From NCBI GenBank assembly GCA_963663385.2, contig CAXXXD010000001.1:320001-384000 (forward strand): DNA of 64,000 bases, written 5' to 3'. Positions 30,539 through 40,661 of this stretch are shown in pieces; position 1 is the stretch's first letter, and each line of letters begins with the position of its first letter. This DNA is from Oceanispirochaeta sp. Its GTDB lineage: Bacteria > Spirochaetota > Spirochaetia > DSM-2461. The translations under genes were made by a program, and so were the position numbers. The notes beneath the pieces were generated by a model. It was not told the origin of the DNA and did not search any database. It saw only the letters and a list, made by a program, of their open reading frames with translations.

Positions 30539-31067
30539 AACGACCGGGAATAAGGTACAGGATGTTAAGAGGAGCTATGAACTTTTTATACACCACTTCC
30601 ATCCGGTAGTGTATTTCTACAGACACATCGCCCGAAACAAGTTTATCAAGAGGAGCATTTTCCATGGTGGAAAAACTCCTATAGAAATTACTCCATTCCC
30701 GGTAGACACCAGCTTCCCGTCCGTTAAGCAGCAGAATGAAATCTCTGGTAATCAAGTCCTGATAACCGGTTTTGGTAATATTAATCTCCCGGGTCTGGGG
30801 CAGTTCCAGATTCCGGTCGAAATGACGAACCTTAATCCGGAATTTCAGATTAATTTCAGACTTGTTACCCTGGGTAATATTGCTTCTTAGCAGGGATTCG
30901 TTTAAGGATGAGTGTTGGATGGTTACAAATAACTGTCCATTCTGATCAACAAAAGACGAACTGTAATCTCCTGCGTCATCAGAATAGGCATGAATAACAA
31001 AAAAAAACAGGAGAAAGGAGAACACTAATCCTGTACAGGAACAACTACTCCTCAAATCTGCTTTCAA
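30486..31067 (-). CDS. Hypothetical exported protein (DUF4390-like context upstream of ntrY)
   Basis: Signal-peptide-like N-terminus; overlaps both neighbours in the operon; start uncertain. Confidence 0.55.
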   Translation of the reverse strand: MKADLRSSCSCTGLVFSFLLFFFVIHAYSDDAGDYSSSFVDQNGQLFVTIQHSSLNESLLRSNITQGNKSEINLKFRIKVRHFDRNLELPQTREINITKTGYQDLITRDFILLLNGREAGVYREWSNFYRSFSTMENAPLDKLVSGDVSVEIHYRMEVVYKKFIAPLNILYLIPGRYVKRFEWIELHNGSKRE

Positions 31068-31308
31068 ACAGTTCGATCAGGGCATTTACAGCATCCGTTT
31101 CATCCGGACCTTCAGCTGTAATAACCAGATCTGTTCCATAGGCGGCACCCATTGTAAGAAGTCCCATAATGGATTTGGCATTAATCTGTTCTGAATCTTT
31201 TTCAATAAAAATACTGGATTCAAACTGCCCGGCAGCCTGTACAATTAATGCAGCGGGCCTTGCATGCAACCCGGCCCTGTTTTGAACTTTTGTATCTTTT
31301 CGGATCAT
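31045..31308 (-). CDS. ptsH: Phosphocarrier protein HPr
   Basis: GLHARPA (His15), NAKSIMGLL (Ser46). Confidence 0.95.
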   Translation of the reverse strand: MIRKDTKVQNRAGLHARPAALIVQAAGQFESSIFIEKDSEQINAKSIMGLLTMGAAYGTDLVITAEGPDETDAVNALIELFESRFEE

Positions 31309-31311
31309 ATT

Positions 31312-32301
31312 TTATTCCTGTTTATTTGTATAATTATCCTGATACATATTTCTGGCGTTTTCACTTTCCAGCCACTGTATCAGGTTTTTATTAAATTCTT
31401 TGGCCGAAAAATGCCCTTTCTTCTTTAAGCGTTCATTCAAAGCGGCCGTTTCGATTATTATAGGAATATTCCGTCCCGGTTTCACGGGTATATTGAAAGT
31501 CGGAATTTTCACACCTAAAATATCTGTCGTTTCATCTGCCGTTCCCAATCTGTCATAGTTTTTGTTAACATCCCACTCTTCCAGATTGATTACCAGCTGA
31601 ACCTGTTTTTTATCCCGGATTCCCCTTACACCGAATATCTGGGAAATATTGATTATTCCCAGTCCGCGGATTTCCATATGATGCCCCAGGATGCGGCTGT
31701 CGCTGAAACCCATTATTATTTTACCACTGAAACACTTCATCAGTACAGAATCATCTGCCACAAGCCTGTGACCCCTCTCAATCAGTTCCAGGGCTGTTTC
31801 GCTCTTTCCGACGCCGCTCTCACCCTTAATAAGAACCCCAATACCATATACCTCTACCAGAACGCCGTGAACGGATTTCTGCGGGGCGAATATATCTCCC
31901 AGAGTACGAATAATCCTTATGGAAAATTCGTAGGACTGAAGGGACGTTTGAAGAATGGGGACCCTGGCAGCCTCCGCTTTTTCCAGAAACCAGTCAGAGG
32001 GTTCCAGACTGTTACAGAAAACACAGAAAGGAATATCATAGGTAAAGATTTTATCTACCGATGAATAATCCCCCCTGGCTTCAAGCTCTTTCAGGTACTC
32101 ATATTCCGCTCCGCCGAAGACCTGAATCCGATTGGGAGTAAAGGTTTTAAAAAAACCCGTCAGAGCCAAACCGGGCCGGTTGAGCTCTATATTATCAATA
32201 TTGTGTACCAGACCCTTCCTGCCTGCCAGGCATTTGACTTTCAGGGCATTATAATCCTGCAAGTCCAAATCAAGAAGATCCAATACTGTAAATTTCCCCA
32301 T
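31312..32301 (-). CDS. hprK: HPr(Ser) kinase/phosphorylase
   Basis: RPGLALTGF, HGVLVEVYG, GESGVGKSE, LVADD, MEIRGLGII, PVKPGRN. Confidence 0.96.
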   Translation of the reverse strand: MGKFTVLDLLDLDLQDYNALKVKCLAGRKGLVHNIDNIELNRPGLALTGFFKTFTPNRIQVFGGAEYEYLKELEARGDYSSVDKIFTYDIPFCVFCNSLEPSDWFLEKAEAARVPILQTSLQSYEFSIRIIRTLGDIFAPQKSVHGVLVEVYGIGVLIKGESGVGKSETALELIERGHRLVADDSVLMKCFSGKIIMGFSDSRILGHHMEIRGLGIINISQIFGVRGIRDKKQVQLVINLEEWDVNKNYDRLGTADETTDILGVKIPTFNIPVKPGRNIPIIIETAALNERLKKKGHFSAKEFNKNLIQWLESENARNMYQDNYTNKQE

Positions 32302-32397
32302 TAATAATCCCCTGAGGTTCCGAACGACCCCGGCTTATTGATTTTACATAAAAAAAAACAATCTCGCTACCTTTTTATTCAGCATTTTGCGATAAAA

Positions 32398-32431
32398 GAA
32401 AACAGGCTGCCCCCTTTCAGGAGCAGCCTGT
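32398..32431 (-). terminator. Intrinsic terminator downstream of hpf
   Basis: ACAGGCTGC...GCAGCCTGT stem with adjacent A-run on + (U-run on -). Confidence 0.6.
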
Positions 32432-32457
32432 ATAAAATCAGTTAGACTATTCTCACC

Positions 32458-32751
32458 TTAATGAGTCTGTATTTTTTCTTTTTCTCTGGTTGATTTAATC
32501 TCAATCTTATCAAAACAAAGATCAATGGCTTTGTACAAATCCCGGTCCTCTACCTTCACATGGCTATTCTGACCCCAGCGGAAATGAACATCACTCGACA
32601 CGATATAGTAACCCTTCATTTCCCGGGATAAAGTCAGATGCAGGTCCACAATCAACTCTTCTACATGTTTCAATCGGCGGAGTTTTTTATCGATATACTC
32701 CTTGGTTTTTTCAGTTACATCGTAATGAACGCCTTTGAGATCTACAGTCAT
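32458..32751 (-). CDS. hpf: Ribosome hibernation factor HPF/RaiA
   Basis: 97 aa directly after rpoN; KEYIDKKL, DLYKAID. Confidence 0.85.
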   Translation of the reverse strand: MTVDLKGVHYDVTEKTKEYIDKKLRRLKHVEELIVDLHLTLSREMKGYYIVSSDVHFRWGQNSHVKVEDRDLYKAIDLCFDKIEIKSTREKEKIQTH

Positions 32752-32768
32752 AGAAGCCTCCTATAAAT

Positions 32769-34139
32769 TTACCGCCTGAAAGAAGAATGGATGTCCAGTT
32801 CTTTTCTGTACTTAGCCACCGTCCTCCGGGCGATATTAATCCCCCGTTTACTTAGAAGATCAGAAATCTTCTGATCGGATAATTTTTTTCCATCTGTATT
32901 TTCCGCAAGGATTTCTTTAATTACCTCTTTTACGCCTTCCTTTGAAAATCTGGACCCGCTGGATCCTGCTCCTGAAATGGAATTAGTGAAGAAATACTTC
33001 AACTCATATATACCCCATTCGGTTTGAACGTATTTATTTGTGGTAATTCGTGATACCGTCGCTTCATGAACGCCGATTTCCCCGGCTACATCTTTCAATG
33101 TCAGGGGATTCAGGTATTTTGGTCCTTTCCTGAAAAAATCCCTCTGGAATTCCAGAATAGCCGTAGCCGTCTTAAGCAGAGTCTGATTCCTCTGATTGAT
33201 ACTATTGATAAACCAGCGGGCATCTCTGACTCGTCCATTCACAAATTGCTTCACTTTCTTGTCGTCAGCAACGCTACCCCCGTCCTGTATTTCTTCAAAA
33301 AAAGGATTAATCCTCATTACCGGAATTTCTTCATCATTCAGAATAATGACGAATTCGCCTTCCTTCTTCCTGATAATCAAATCCGGAATAACATAATTAT
33401 ATGAAGCATCAGAATAATCTCCCCCCGGATAAGGATTGAGGGATTGCAGGAAATTCAGCATTTCCTCCCAGTCATCCCGGGTAATTTTCATCTGCCTTAT
33501 AATTTCATTATATTTCCCTTTCTCCAGCAATTCCATAAAATCTGTCAGTAATCGATCAATTTCCTCCGGCATATCATCCCTTAAATGAGATTGAACCAGC
33601 AGGGATTCCCGATGATCTACCACGCAGACGCCGATGGGATCAAACTCCTGGATGATATGAATCATATGTTCAAGGATATCCCTATCGTCCTGCTTTACAA
33701 GGGTTTCCGGATTTTCAAGATGGAACCCGTTGCTGTCCAGATTACGAATAAGAAGTTCTCCTATCTCCATTTCCTTTTCTGAAAGAACAGTAACGTGAAG
33801 CTGCCATAGAAGATGATCCTGAAGCGACTCTTTTCTATAGACAGCCCCTTCCAGAAACTTCCGCTTTGTATCTTCTCCACTTTCGGCCGTCCTCTGATAG
33901 CCGGGATCCGAAGTATTTTCGAAGGGATCGAAATCTTCATTCTTCCTAATTGGAATATCATCCAGAGAGAGTGTTTTATTGTCTTCTACCAGTTCGAGAG
34001 CAGGATTTTTTTCAACTTCTTCAGAGATTTTTAACTGAAGGTCCTGTATAGGTAGTGCCATCAGCTGTATGGATTGATACAGCTGAGGACTCATCTTTAG
34101 CCTTTGTTCCTGCGTCAGAACCGGTCTTTGTACCTGCAA
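32769..34139 (-). CDS. rpoN: RNA polymerase sigma-54 factor
   Basis: PQLYQSIQLM region I, PLTLKDVA..IGVHEATVSR, RpoN box ARRTVAKYR. Confidence 0.97.
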   Translation of the reverse strand: MQVQRPVLTQEQRLKMSPQLYQSIQLMALPIQDLQLKISEEVEKNPALELVEDNKTLSLDDIPIRKNEDFDPFENTSDPGYQRTAESGEDTKRKFLEGAVYRKESLQDHLLWQLHVTVLSEKEMEIGELLIRNLDSNGFHLENPETLVKQDDRDILEHMIHIIQEFDPIGVCVVDHRESLLVQSHLRDDMPEEIDRLLTDFMELLEKGKYNEIIRQMKITRDDWEEMLNFLQSLNPYPGGDYSDASYNYVIPDLIIRKKEGEFVIILNDEEIPVMRINPFFEEIQDGGSVADDKKVKQFVNGRVRDARWFINSINQRNQTLLKTATAILEFQRDFFRKGPKYLNPLTLKDVAGEIGVHEATVSRITTNKYVQTEWGIYELKYFFTNSISGAGSSGSRFSKEGVKEVIKEILAENTDGKKLSDQKISDLLSKRGINIARRTVAKYRKELDIHSSFRR

Positions 34140-34199
34140 AGTTTCCTCCTGACACTTAAAATTGTATCATCTTTCCAAGAATAAGCAATACTGACAATA

Positions 34200-34931
34200 T
34201 TACATTGAAAACCCGTGACCCAGATAGATTGTCCGGGCCAGTTCGCTTTTTAACAGCTCTTCTTTCGAACCGCTGACAATAATTTCACCAAGGTTTGTAA
34301 TATAGGATCTATGGGTAATTTCAAAGGTATCCCTGACATTATGGTCCGTAATCAGAATGCCGATGCCCCGTTCCGACAAGTGTTCAATAATCTTTTTGAT
34401 CTCGTAAACAGCAATGGGATCAATCCCGGCAAACGGTTCGTCCAGAAGCAGAAAACGGGGATCCGTAGCCAGAGCACGGGCTATCTCCGTACGGCGCCGT
34501 TCGCCTCCTGACAGCGTAAAGGCTCTCTGCTTTCGCACCTTCTGCACTCCCAGATCCTCAATAAGATGTTCCATCTTATCAAGCTTTTCCTGCTTATGCA
34601 TACTTTTTCTTGTTTCCAGGATAGCCCAGATATTTTCTTCCACTGTCAGTTTTCTGAAAACGGACGGTTCCTGGGGCAGATAGGAAATTCCCAGTCTGGA
34701 GCGCTGAAACATCGGTTCATGGGTAATCTCTTTTTCATCCAGCAGGATCCTGCCGGCCGTGGCCTTGATAAATCCGGCAATCATGTAAAAACAGGTAGTT
34801 TTTCCCGCCCCGTTCGGACCGAGAAGCCCTACGATTTCCCCCTGTTCCATGGAGAAACTCATTGTTTTAACGGCTGTCTTTTTTCCGTAGACTTTTTTTA
34901 CACCATCAACGGTCAGTCGGGTTTTACTCAT
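34200..34931 (-). CDS. lptB: LPS export ABC ATPase
   Basis: GPNGAGKTT, YLPQEPSVFRKL, LSGGERRRTEIAR, LLDEPFAGIDP, TDHNVR. Confidence 0.93.
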   Translation of the reverse strand: MSKTRLTVDGVKKVYGKKTAVKTMSFSMEQGEIVGLLGPNGAGKTTCFYMIAGFIKATAGRILLDEKEITHEPMFQRSRLGISYLPQEPSVFRKLTVEENIWAILETRKSMHKQEKLDKMEHLIEDLGVQKVRKQRAFTLSGGERRRTEIARALATDPRFLLLDEPFAGIDPIAVYEIKKIIEHLSERGIGILITDHNVRDTFEITHRSYITNLGEIIVSGSKEELLKSELARTIYLGHGFSM

Positions 34932-35619
34932 CTGTCATAACTCCCGTGTTTTCTGAACTGTCCTCTCCGTTCTCTTCAGGAGCATTTTTCTCTTTAGACT
35001 CATCAGTGTCCTCTTCTTCAGAAAGAAGGGAGCCCTGAACCTCGCCCTCCATTTTAATCTCATCAGTATCCAGATTGACAGTTATTCTGGACGCACGAAA
35101 TACATCATCATTCCGGTACACCACAGGCAGGCCGGTCAGTTCCAGCAGATTCTCATCTCTGTAATAAACGGCGAATTCACTCCGGCAGGCCAGATCCTCC
35201 TTCAATATACGCACTCCGATCTGAAGGATAATCATTTTTTCCTCTTCCCGGTTCTCCATAAAGCCGCATTTAATGATCAGCTCATTTTTACGGTCCTCCA
35301 TTATACTTGAGGCATTGATGCGTATAATTTTATTATCATTATCATAATGAAATACGGGCGCCGTAAGAAGAAAATCGTTTTCAAGATCCTCAACCGCTAC
35401 ATTCCCTTCGCAGATAAAGTAGTTGAAGTCTTTGCCGATAAGCTTTACCTTATCCGCCGCTATGACTTTACTCTCGGAGGAGATAAGGACATCCCCTTCC
35501 AATAGGGTAATCTCTTTGCCCTCAGCCATCACCGAACTCAGATAATTGCTGGAAAAAGAGTAGTTTTCTGCCGCTATAAAAACCGGCAGAAACAATAGAA
35601 TAAGAATACTTTTATTCAT
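34924..35619 (-). CDS. LptA/OstA-like periplasmic protein
   Basis: Beta-jellyroll-like repeats, position between lptC and lptB; ATG 35619 preferred. Confidence 0.7.
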   Translation of the reverse strand: MNKSILILLFLPVFIAAENYSFSSNYLSSVMAEGKEITLLEGDVLISSESKVIAADKVKLIGKDFNYFICEGNVAVEDLENDFLLTAPVFHYDNDNKIIRINASSIMEDRKNELIIKCGFMENREEEKMIILQIGVRILKEDLACRSEFAVYYRDENLLELTGLPVVYRNDDVFRASRITVNLDTDEIKMEGEVQGSLLSEEEDTDESKEKNAPEENGEDSSENTGVMTDE

Positions 35620-36160
35620 GATCAGATCCTGATTCGATATTGCCTTCAACCCGGCTGGAAAAGCCTATGGTCTCAGTATAAAAATCTGCAGAAAACCCGG
35701 CACCCTTAAGAACAGTTCCACCATCCAGGGAGATGATTACAAGTCCGTCAATGGAACTGCTTAACTCACGGGTTTCGTCTTTCCAATCCAGATTCTCTGC
35801 TTCGATGGAAGCTTCATTCCGGATGGAACGTCCGGAGATTCCGCCTTTAATAGAAGCATCATTATTATCATTTATCAGAATATAATCTGCCACTCCATCG
35901 GTTATGATCTCGCGGTTTTCATCAAATTCAAGGAACTGTACCGAATAGAGTTCTGTTTCTTCTTTTTCACTCCAGAGATAGGCTTCCTGTGCTGTAAAGG
36001 AAGCTTTCGGATTCCCGTTTTTAACCTGAATCTGTTCTACATTGAATAAAACAGAAGAGGGAACAGATTCGGAAAGTTCATCACGAACGGATGTATCATA
36101 CTCTAACTGGCAGGAGGCAATAATTATCAATGAGACAAGAAAAAAAACGGGTTTCTTCAT
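35612..36160 (-). CDS. LptC-like lipoprotein
   Basis: Lipobox-like IIASC, beta-rich sequence, lptCAB synteny. Confidence 0.7.
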   Translation of the reverse strand: MKKPVFFLVSLIIIASCQLEYDTSVRDELSESVPSSVLFNVEQIQVKNGNPKASFTAQEAYLWSEKEETELYSVQFLEFDENREIITDGVADYILINDNNDASIKGGISGRSIRNEASIEAENLDWKDETRELSSSIDGLVIISLDGGTVLKGAGFSADFYTETIGFSSRVEGNIESGSDHE

Positions 36161-36332
36161 TCTCCGGAAATTATCTTTTTATCTTAGACCTATGTCAATT
36201 GATGAAAACAAAATAATTAATAATCAATCCGGTCATATCGGGAGACCCGGGAAGGGATTTTTTTCAATAGTATTGACAGCTCGGTTTAGGTAGAATTAGA
36301 CTCATTAAAAGGCAAAGGACGGTAATTATAGA

Positions 36333-37154
36333 ATGTCAGACTTTCTGAATGAGTCGGATTTCCAGAAAATCAGAGATCTAATATACAACGAGAGCGGAAT
36401 CCATTTCTCTGATTCCAACAGAACCATACTGGAAAGTCGTTTGAAAGAGAGATTGAAATTACTGGATTTGTCCAGCATTGGAGAATATTACAAACTGCTG
36501 ACCGGTGATGACGGGGAGATGAAGGATTTTCTTGATTCGGTTACCACCAATTTGACCCGTTTTTTCAGAAATCAGGCTCACTACGATACTTTTATTAATT
36601 ATGTCATTCCCGATCTGATACAAAGAAAACGGGAACTGGGACAAAAGAAAGTAACCATCTGGAGCGCCGGCTGTTCTACCGGTGAAGAGCCCTATACAAA
36701 TGCCATGGTTCTGAAAGAGAACCTTCCACCGGATTTTAAAATAGAAATTGTAGCCTCCGATCTGAGTTTAAAGTCCCTGATGAAAGCCAAGGAGGGATTT
36801 TATCTCAACAACCGCGTCAGTGGGATTGAAGATAAGTACCTTAATAAGTATTTTATAAAAAAAGAAAATGGTTATCAGGTTAAACCTGAAATAGTAGATC
36901 TGATCCGTTTCGATTATCATAACCTGAAGTTCGGTGCTGCCCACAGGAATCTGGACGTCGTATTCTGCAGAAATGTCCTTATTTATTTTGATGAGGCTGC
37001 TCAGAAAAACGTAATTGATAATTTCTGGAATTCCATGTCTTCACACTCCTATCTTTTTATAGGTCATTCGGAATCCCTTTTTGGAATGGATACACAATTC
37101 AAGTTTATAAAAACGGATTGGGCATGCATCTATGGAAAAATATTAGATAAATAA
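36333..37154 (+). CDS. cheR: Chemotaxis methyltransferase CheR
   Basis: TTNLTRFFR, IWSAGCSTGEEPY, VFCRNVLIYF, IGHSES. Confidence 0.95.
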   Translation: MSDFLNESDFQKIRDLIYNESGIHFSDSNRTILESRLKERLKLLDLSSIGEYYKLLTGDDGEMKDFLDSVTTNLTRFFRNQAHYDTFINYVIPDLIQRKRELGQKKVTIWSAGCSTGEEPYTNAMVLKENLPPDFKIEIVASDLSLKSLMKAKEGFYLNNRVSGIEDKYLNKYFIKKENGYQVKPEIVDLIRFDYHNLKFGAAHRNLDVVFCRNVLIYFDEAAQKNVIDNFWNSMSSHSYLFIGHSESLFGMDTQFKFIKTDWACIYGKILDK

Positions 37155-37166
37155 AAAGAGGCCCCT

Positions 37167-38306
37167 GTGTCAGATAATAAAATATCAGTAATGGTCATAG
37201 ATGACTCCGCTTTAATGAGAAATTTAATCTCCCGCTTGATCGAACGGGATTCCAACCTGGAGGTAGTCGGAACAGCCATGAACGGCCGTTTCGGTCTGAC
37301 TAAACTCCCCCGCCTGAATCCGGATGTTATTGTTCTGGACCTGGAAATGCCGGAAATGAACGGGATCGAATTCCTGAAAGAACTGCAGAACCAGAATATT
37401 AAAATTCCTGTTGTCATTCTCTCATCCATAGCCACGAAGGGTGCCAGAATAACCATGGAAGCCCTGGCCCTGGGAGCCTCAGACTTCATAACAAAACCCA
37501 GGGGGGGAGAGTCGGATGAGCTGAACAATATCGGTAACCAGCTGGTGCAATTATTAACTGTATATGGAAACAACTATCGTAAGAAGAAAGGCAGTACCCC
37601 AATTTCTCCAATAAATACAACAAACAACAGGGACGATTATGAGGAAAAGCCCATCACAGCCTCTGCCAGAATGAATAATCAAAGCATACAGAACCCGGAA
37701 TGGGAAAAAATCACACCCCGGAGAGGACCGGTTAAAACAGAGATTATCGCAATAGGGATCTCAACAGGGGGGCCGAATGCTCTGCGGAAAGTTTTTGCCA
37801 TGCTGGATCCGAACCTGCAGCTTCCGATTGTTGTGGTACAGCATATGCCCGCAGGGTTCACAAAGGAATTTGCCGCCAGTCTGGACAGGATTTGTCCACT
37901 GGAGGTTAAGGAAGCGGAAGAGGGAGACATTGTAAAACCCGGCAGAATTCTGATTGCCCCGGGAGATGCTCATATCGAGATAGAGAAAAAAACTCTGGCA
38001 TCCGTAATTCATTTGAATAATCAGGAACTGGTTAACGGTCATATGCCTTCGGCGGGTGTTCTTTTTAATTCAATAGCCAGAAGCTATGGAAACAGCGCCA
38101 TGGCAGTAATAATGACAGGGATGGGAAAAGACGGAGCCCGGGAGATTGGAGAGATTTACAGGGAGGGCGGTATAACCATCGCCCAGGATCAGCAATCCTG
38201 TATTGTATATGGAATGCCCCGGGTTGCTGTAGAGCACAATTACATTCAGCATATCGTCCCGCTGGACGATATGGCTGAAAAAATCAGTTCTCTTCTGGTC
38301 TGTTAA
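37167..38306 (+). CDS. cheB: Chemotaxis response regulator methylesterase CheB
   Basis: Receiver domain + GISTGGP, VQHMP, MTGMGKDGA, YGMP. Confidence 0.96.
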   Translation: MSDNKISVMVIDDSALMRNLISRLIERDSNLEVVGTAMNGRFGLTKLPRLNPDVIVLDLEMPEMNGIEFLKELQNQNIKIPVVILSSIATKGARITMEALALGASDFITKPRGGESDELNNIGNQLVQLLTVYGNNYRKKKGSTPISPINTTNNRDDYEEKPITASARMNNQSIQNPEWEKITPRRGPVKTEIIAIGISTGGPNALRKVFAMLDPNLQLPIVVVQHMPAGFTKEFAASLDRICPLEVKEAEEGDIVKPGRILIAPGDAHIEIEKKTLASVIHLNNQELVNGHMPSAGVLFNSIARSYGNSAMAVIMTGMGKDGAREIGEIYREGGITIAQDQQSCIVYGMPRVAVEHNYIQHIVPLDDMAEKISSLLVC

Positions 38307-38774
38307 TCAGCCGCAGCCCTTACATGACTGACAGGCGCTGTTGCAGCTTTTCCATTTCCGGATTTCAGCTTTGCTGAGAATTCGTTCAATACTCGGCATC
38401 TCTCCCGGGCCGCGGAATTTCCGAATTAACGCATTGACGAGGAAGCCTCCTGCCAGTCCAATCGTTCCCATAAGATAGAGAAGCACTTCTTCCTGTATGA
38501 CTTTGGCTGCAACTGTATACACCAGCAGAAAACAGAGCAGGGGAAAGATAAACATCATAAACGCTGCTTTCATGGCGCCTGCCGGATTAACCAGGATTTC
38601 TACCATATCCCCTTCCTGTACGTTCAGGACATGAGCATTTGATGCGGGAAAAGGTTTCTCCTTAACGCCCCAGAAAGAGCGAGAGGTCCGGGACTTCTCT
38701 GAACCGGGATTCGGGTATATTACATAAACCGCACCGTCCTCTTCGAGATGGTGCACTTTAACCGGCTGTTTCAT
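38307..38774 (-). CDS. RseC/MucC-like membrane protein with C-terminal Cys cluster
   Basis: GDMVEI...AAFMMFIFPLL two-TM pattern; C-terminal CNSACQSCKGCG. Confidence 0.6.
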   Translation of the reverse strand: MKQPVKVHHLEEDGAVYVIYPNPGSEKSRTSRSFWGVKEKPFPASNAHVLNVQEGDMVEILVNPAGAMKAAFMMFIFPLLCFLLVYTVAAKVIQEEVLLYLMGTIGLAGGFLVNALIRKFRGPGEMPSIERILSKAEIRKWKSCNSACQSCKGCG

Positions 38775-39564
38775 CGGGTACCTCCAGACAGGGTATTCGC
38801 AGGCTCTCTATTGACACTGCTTTTCCTGAGTCATCCAGATCAATCAGAACACCCTGAAGCTCCAACTGATCCCATGTATCCTGAGATCTTTCCGGGATTT
38901 GCGTCATAAATTTCCTGAGCTCCAGCTCAGGCTCCAGACCTCCGATGGAATGGAGACTCCCGGTTCGGCCGGAATCCGTTATGATTGCGGTCCCTTTGGG
39001 CATGAGACCGCAATCAGCCGTTATGGCTTTTGTTCCGGAACCGACAACGGCACTGACCTTTCCATCTATCAAATGAAAAAGAGTCTGTTTTTCCGCTGTG
39101 GTCGTTGCGTGAAAATTCACGATAATATGATCGGTCTGCTCACGAACCTTTTTTACAATCTCGGGAAGATAGGAAAAAGGGTTGGAAAGGTGCACACGGT
39201 AATAACCGGACTGACCCAGAATATTGATTACACCTACCCGCTGATCTCCAACATTGAATACCCCCCAGCCTCTTCCGGGACTTCCGGGCGGGTAGTTTGC
39301 CGGACGCAGTAAAAATGATGCTTTTGTAATAAATCCGACCATATCTTTTTTATAGAAGACACATTCTCCGGATGTAATAACATCCAGTCCCAGCTTCTTC
39401 AGATAAAGGGCGTGATTTTTACCTATACCGAAACCGCCGGTAACACCGTTTCCATTGGCAATAACAAAATCAACCCCCTTTTCCTTTCGGATTTTCGGGA
39501 GCATTTTTTTAACAGTAAAGACACCTGCCTTACTGACAATCTCAGCAATAAAGAGAATTTTCAT
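38758..39564 (-). CDS. YmdB/TIGR00282-like metallophosphoesterase with substituted metal ligands
   Basis: MKILF..., LLRPANYP, INILG, AEKQ, ITDSGRTG, LQGV scaffold. Confidence 0.8.
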   Translation of the reverse strand: MKILFIAEIVSKAGVFTVKKMLPKIRKEKGVDFVIANGNGVTGGFGIGKNHALYLKKLGLDVITSGECVFYKKDMVGFITKASFLLRPANYPPGSPGRGWGVFNVGDQRVGVINILGQSGYYRVHLSNPFSYLPEIVKKVREQTDHIIVNFHATTTAEKQTLFHLIDGKVSAVVGSGTKAITADCGLMPKGTAIITDSGRTGSLHSIGGLEPELELRKFMTQIPERSQDTWDQLELQGVLIDLDDSGKAVSIESLRIPCLEVPDETAG

Positions 39565-39581
39565 TACCCTAAAATACTAAA

Positions 39582-39658
39582 ATAACTCATAAGAAACAAT
39601 CATCCGAATCCGCAAACCCAATTGTTTTGATGTATTATCCGGCAATATTGCTGAAATA
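39582..39658 (+). repeat. Left copy of a diverged ~75-bp direct repeat
   Basis: AATCATCCGAA (39598-608) and ATCCGGCAATATTG (39637-50) recur at 52209-19 and 52249-62. Confidence 0.7.
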
Positions 39659-39729
39659 TAACTGAAGTTCCTTCATAAATTGAGCTCCGGAATGTTCAGT
39701 AAAAAAGGAGGCTGCGATTCCCTGAAGTC

Positions 39730-40635
39730 TCAGTCTTTCATGATGTCATCGACGAGACCCATGAACCGCCTGCCGTATTCCACATAATTCTCGTATTTCA
39801 CCTGTTCGGAAGAGCGACTGTCGTCATCGTGATAGACCAGAGCCATATGGGGTTCTATGGAGAATCCTCCGTCGTATCCTCTTTTAAGCAGATCGTCAAC
39901 AATCTCCCGTACGCTGCCCTCTCCCTCTCCGGGGAAAGTCCATTCCGAATCATTGAATATTTTATCGGGCCTGAGTCCCACAAACCGGCCGTCTTTGATA
40001 TGGACATAGGCGACAAACTCCCGTACATTGCAGTAGAAATCCCAGGCATTCTGCATGCGGTTGCCCCTTTCTTTACCGTAGTCAACGGAGTTGACCGGAT
40101 TGCCCGTATCGAAAAGCAGCTTGAACCGGGGAGATTTCACATTATCCAGAAGCCTGAGCGTATGCTCCGGGGACATACCTCCGTAGTTGGCGCAGTTCTC
40201 GTGCATGTAGTCCACGCCGGCGTCCTCGCAGATCCTGACAATCCTGTTCATCTTGCCGAATAAGTTTTTCTCCAGCTCATCCGTATAGAGCGACGCGTCC
40301 CTCAAGCGGGTAAAACTCATCCCCCGTATCATGGTACAACCCAGCCGTTCCATCCGGGGCAGAGCCCTTTTCAGATCGTCGATGCTTTTCGCGAAGTCCT
40401 CTTCAGATCGCGGGTCACGGCTCCAGTTGGCAACGGTACTGCCGAAACAGTTGATAGAAATACCGCTGTCCTCCAGTTTGCCGGCAGCTTCATCGAAAGC
40501 AGCGTCACTCAGATCATGAATATTGACGCCGTCGATATTTCTCGACTCGATACAGTTCCAGCCCAGCTCCTTCGTTGCCCTGATCTGGGCATCAATTCCT
40601 TTTCCCGCCTCATCGGCAAATCCCGTGTAGTACAT
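39730..40635 (-). CDS. Sugar phosphate isomerase/epimerase (xylose-isomerase-like TIM barrel)
   Basis: GFADE, HEN, FDTGN, YVHIKD, GEGEG, GYDGGFSIEPH. Confidence 0.88.
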   Translation of the reverse strand: MYYTGFADEAGKGIDAQIRATKELGWNCIESRNIDGVNIHDLSDAAFDEAAGKLEDSGISINCFGSTVANWSRDPRSEEDFAKSIDDLKRALPRMERLGCTMIRGMSFTRLRDASLYTDELEKNLFGKMNRIVRICEDAGVDYMHENCANYGGMSPEHTLRLLDNVKSPRFKLLFDTGNPVNSVDYGKERGNRMQNAWDFYCNVREFVAYVHIKDGRFVGLRPDKIFNDSEWTFPGEGEGSVREIVDDLLKRGYDGGFSIEPHMALVYHDDDSRSSEQVKYENYVEYGRRFMGLVDDIMKD

Positions 40636-40661
40636 TATTTAACTCCCGTATGTCCTTTCAT

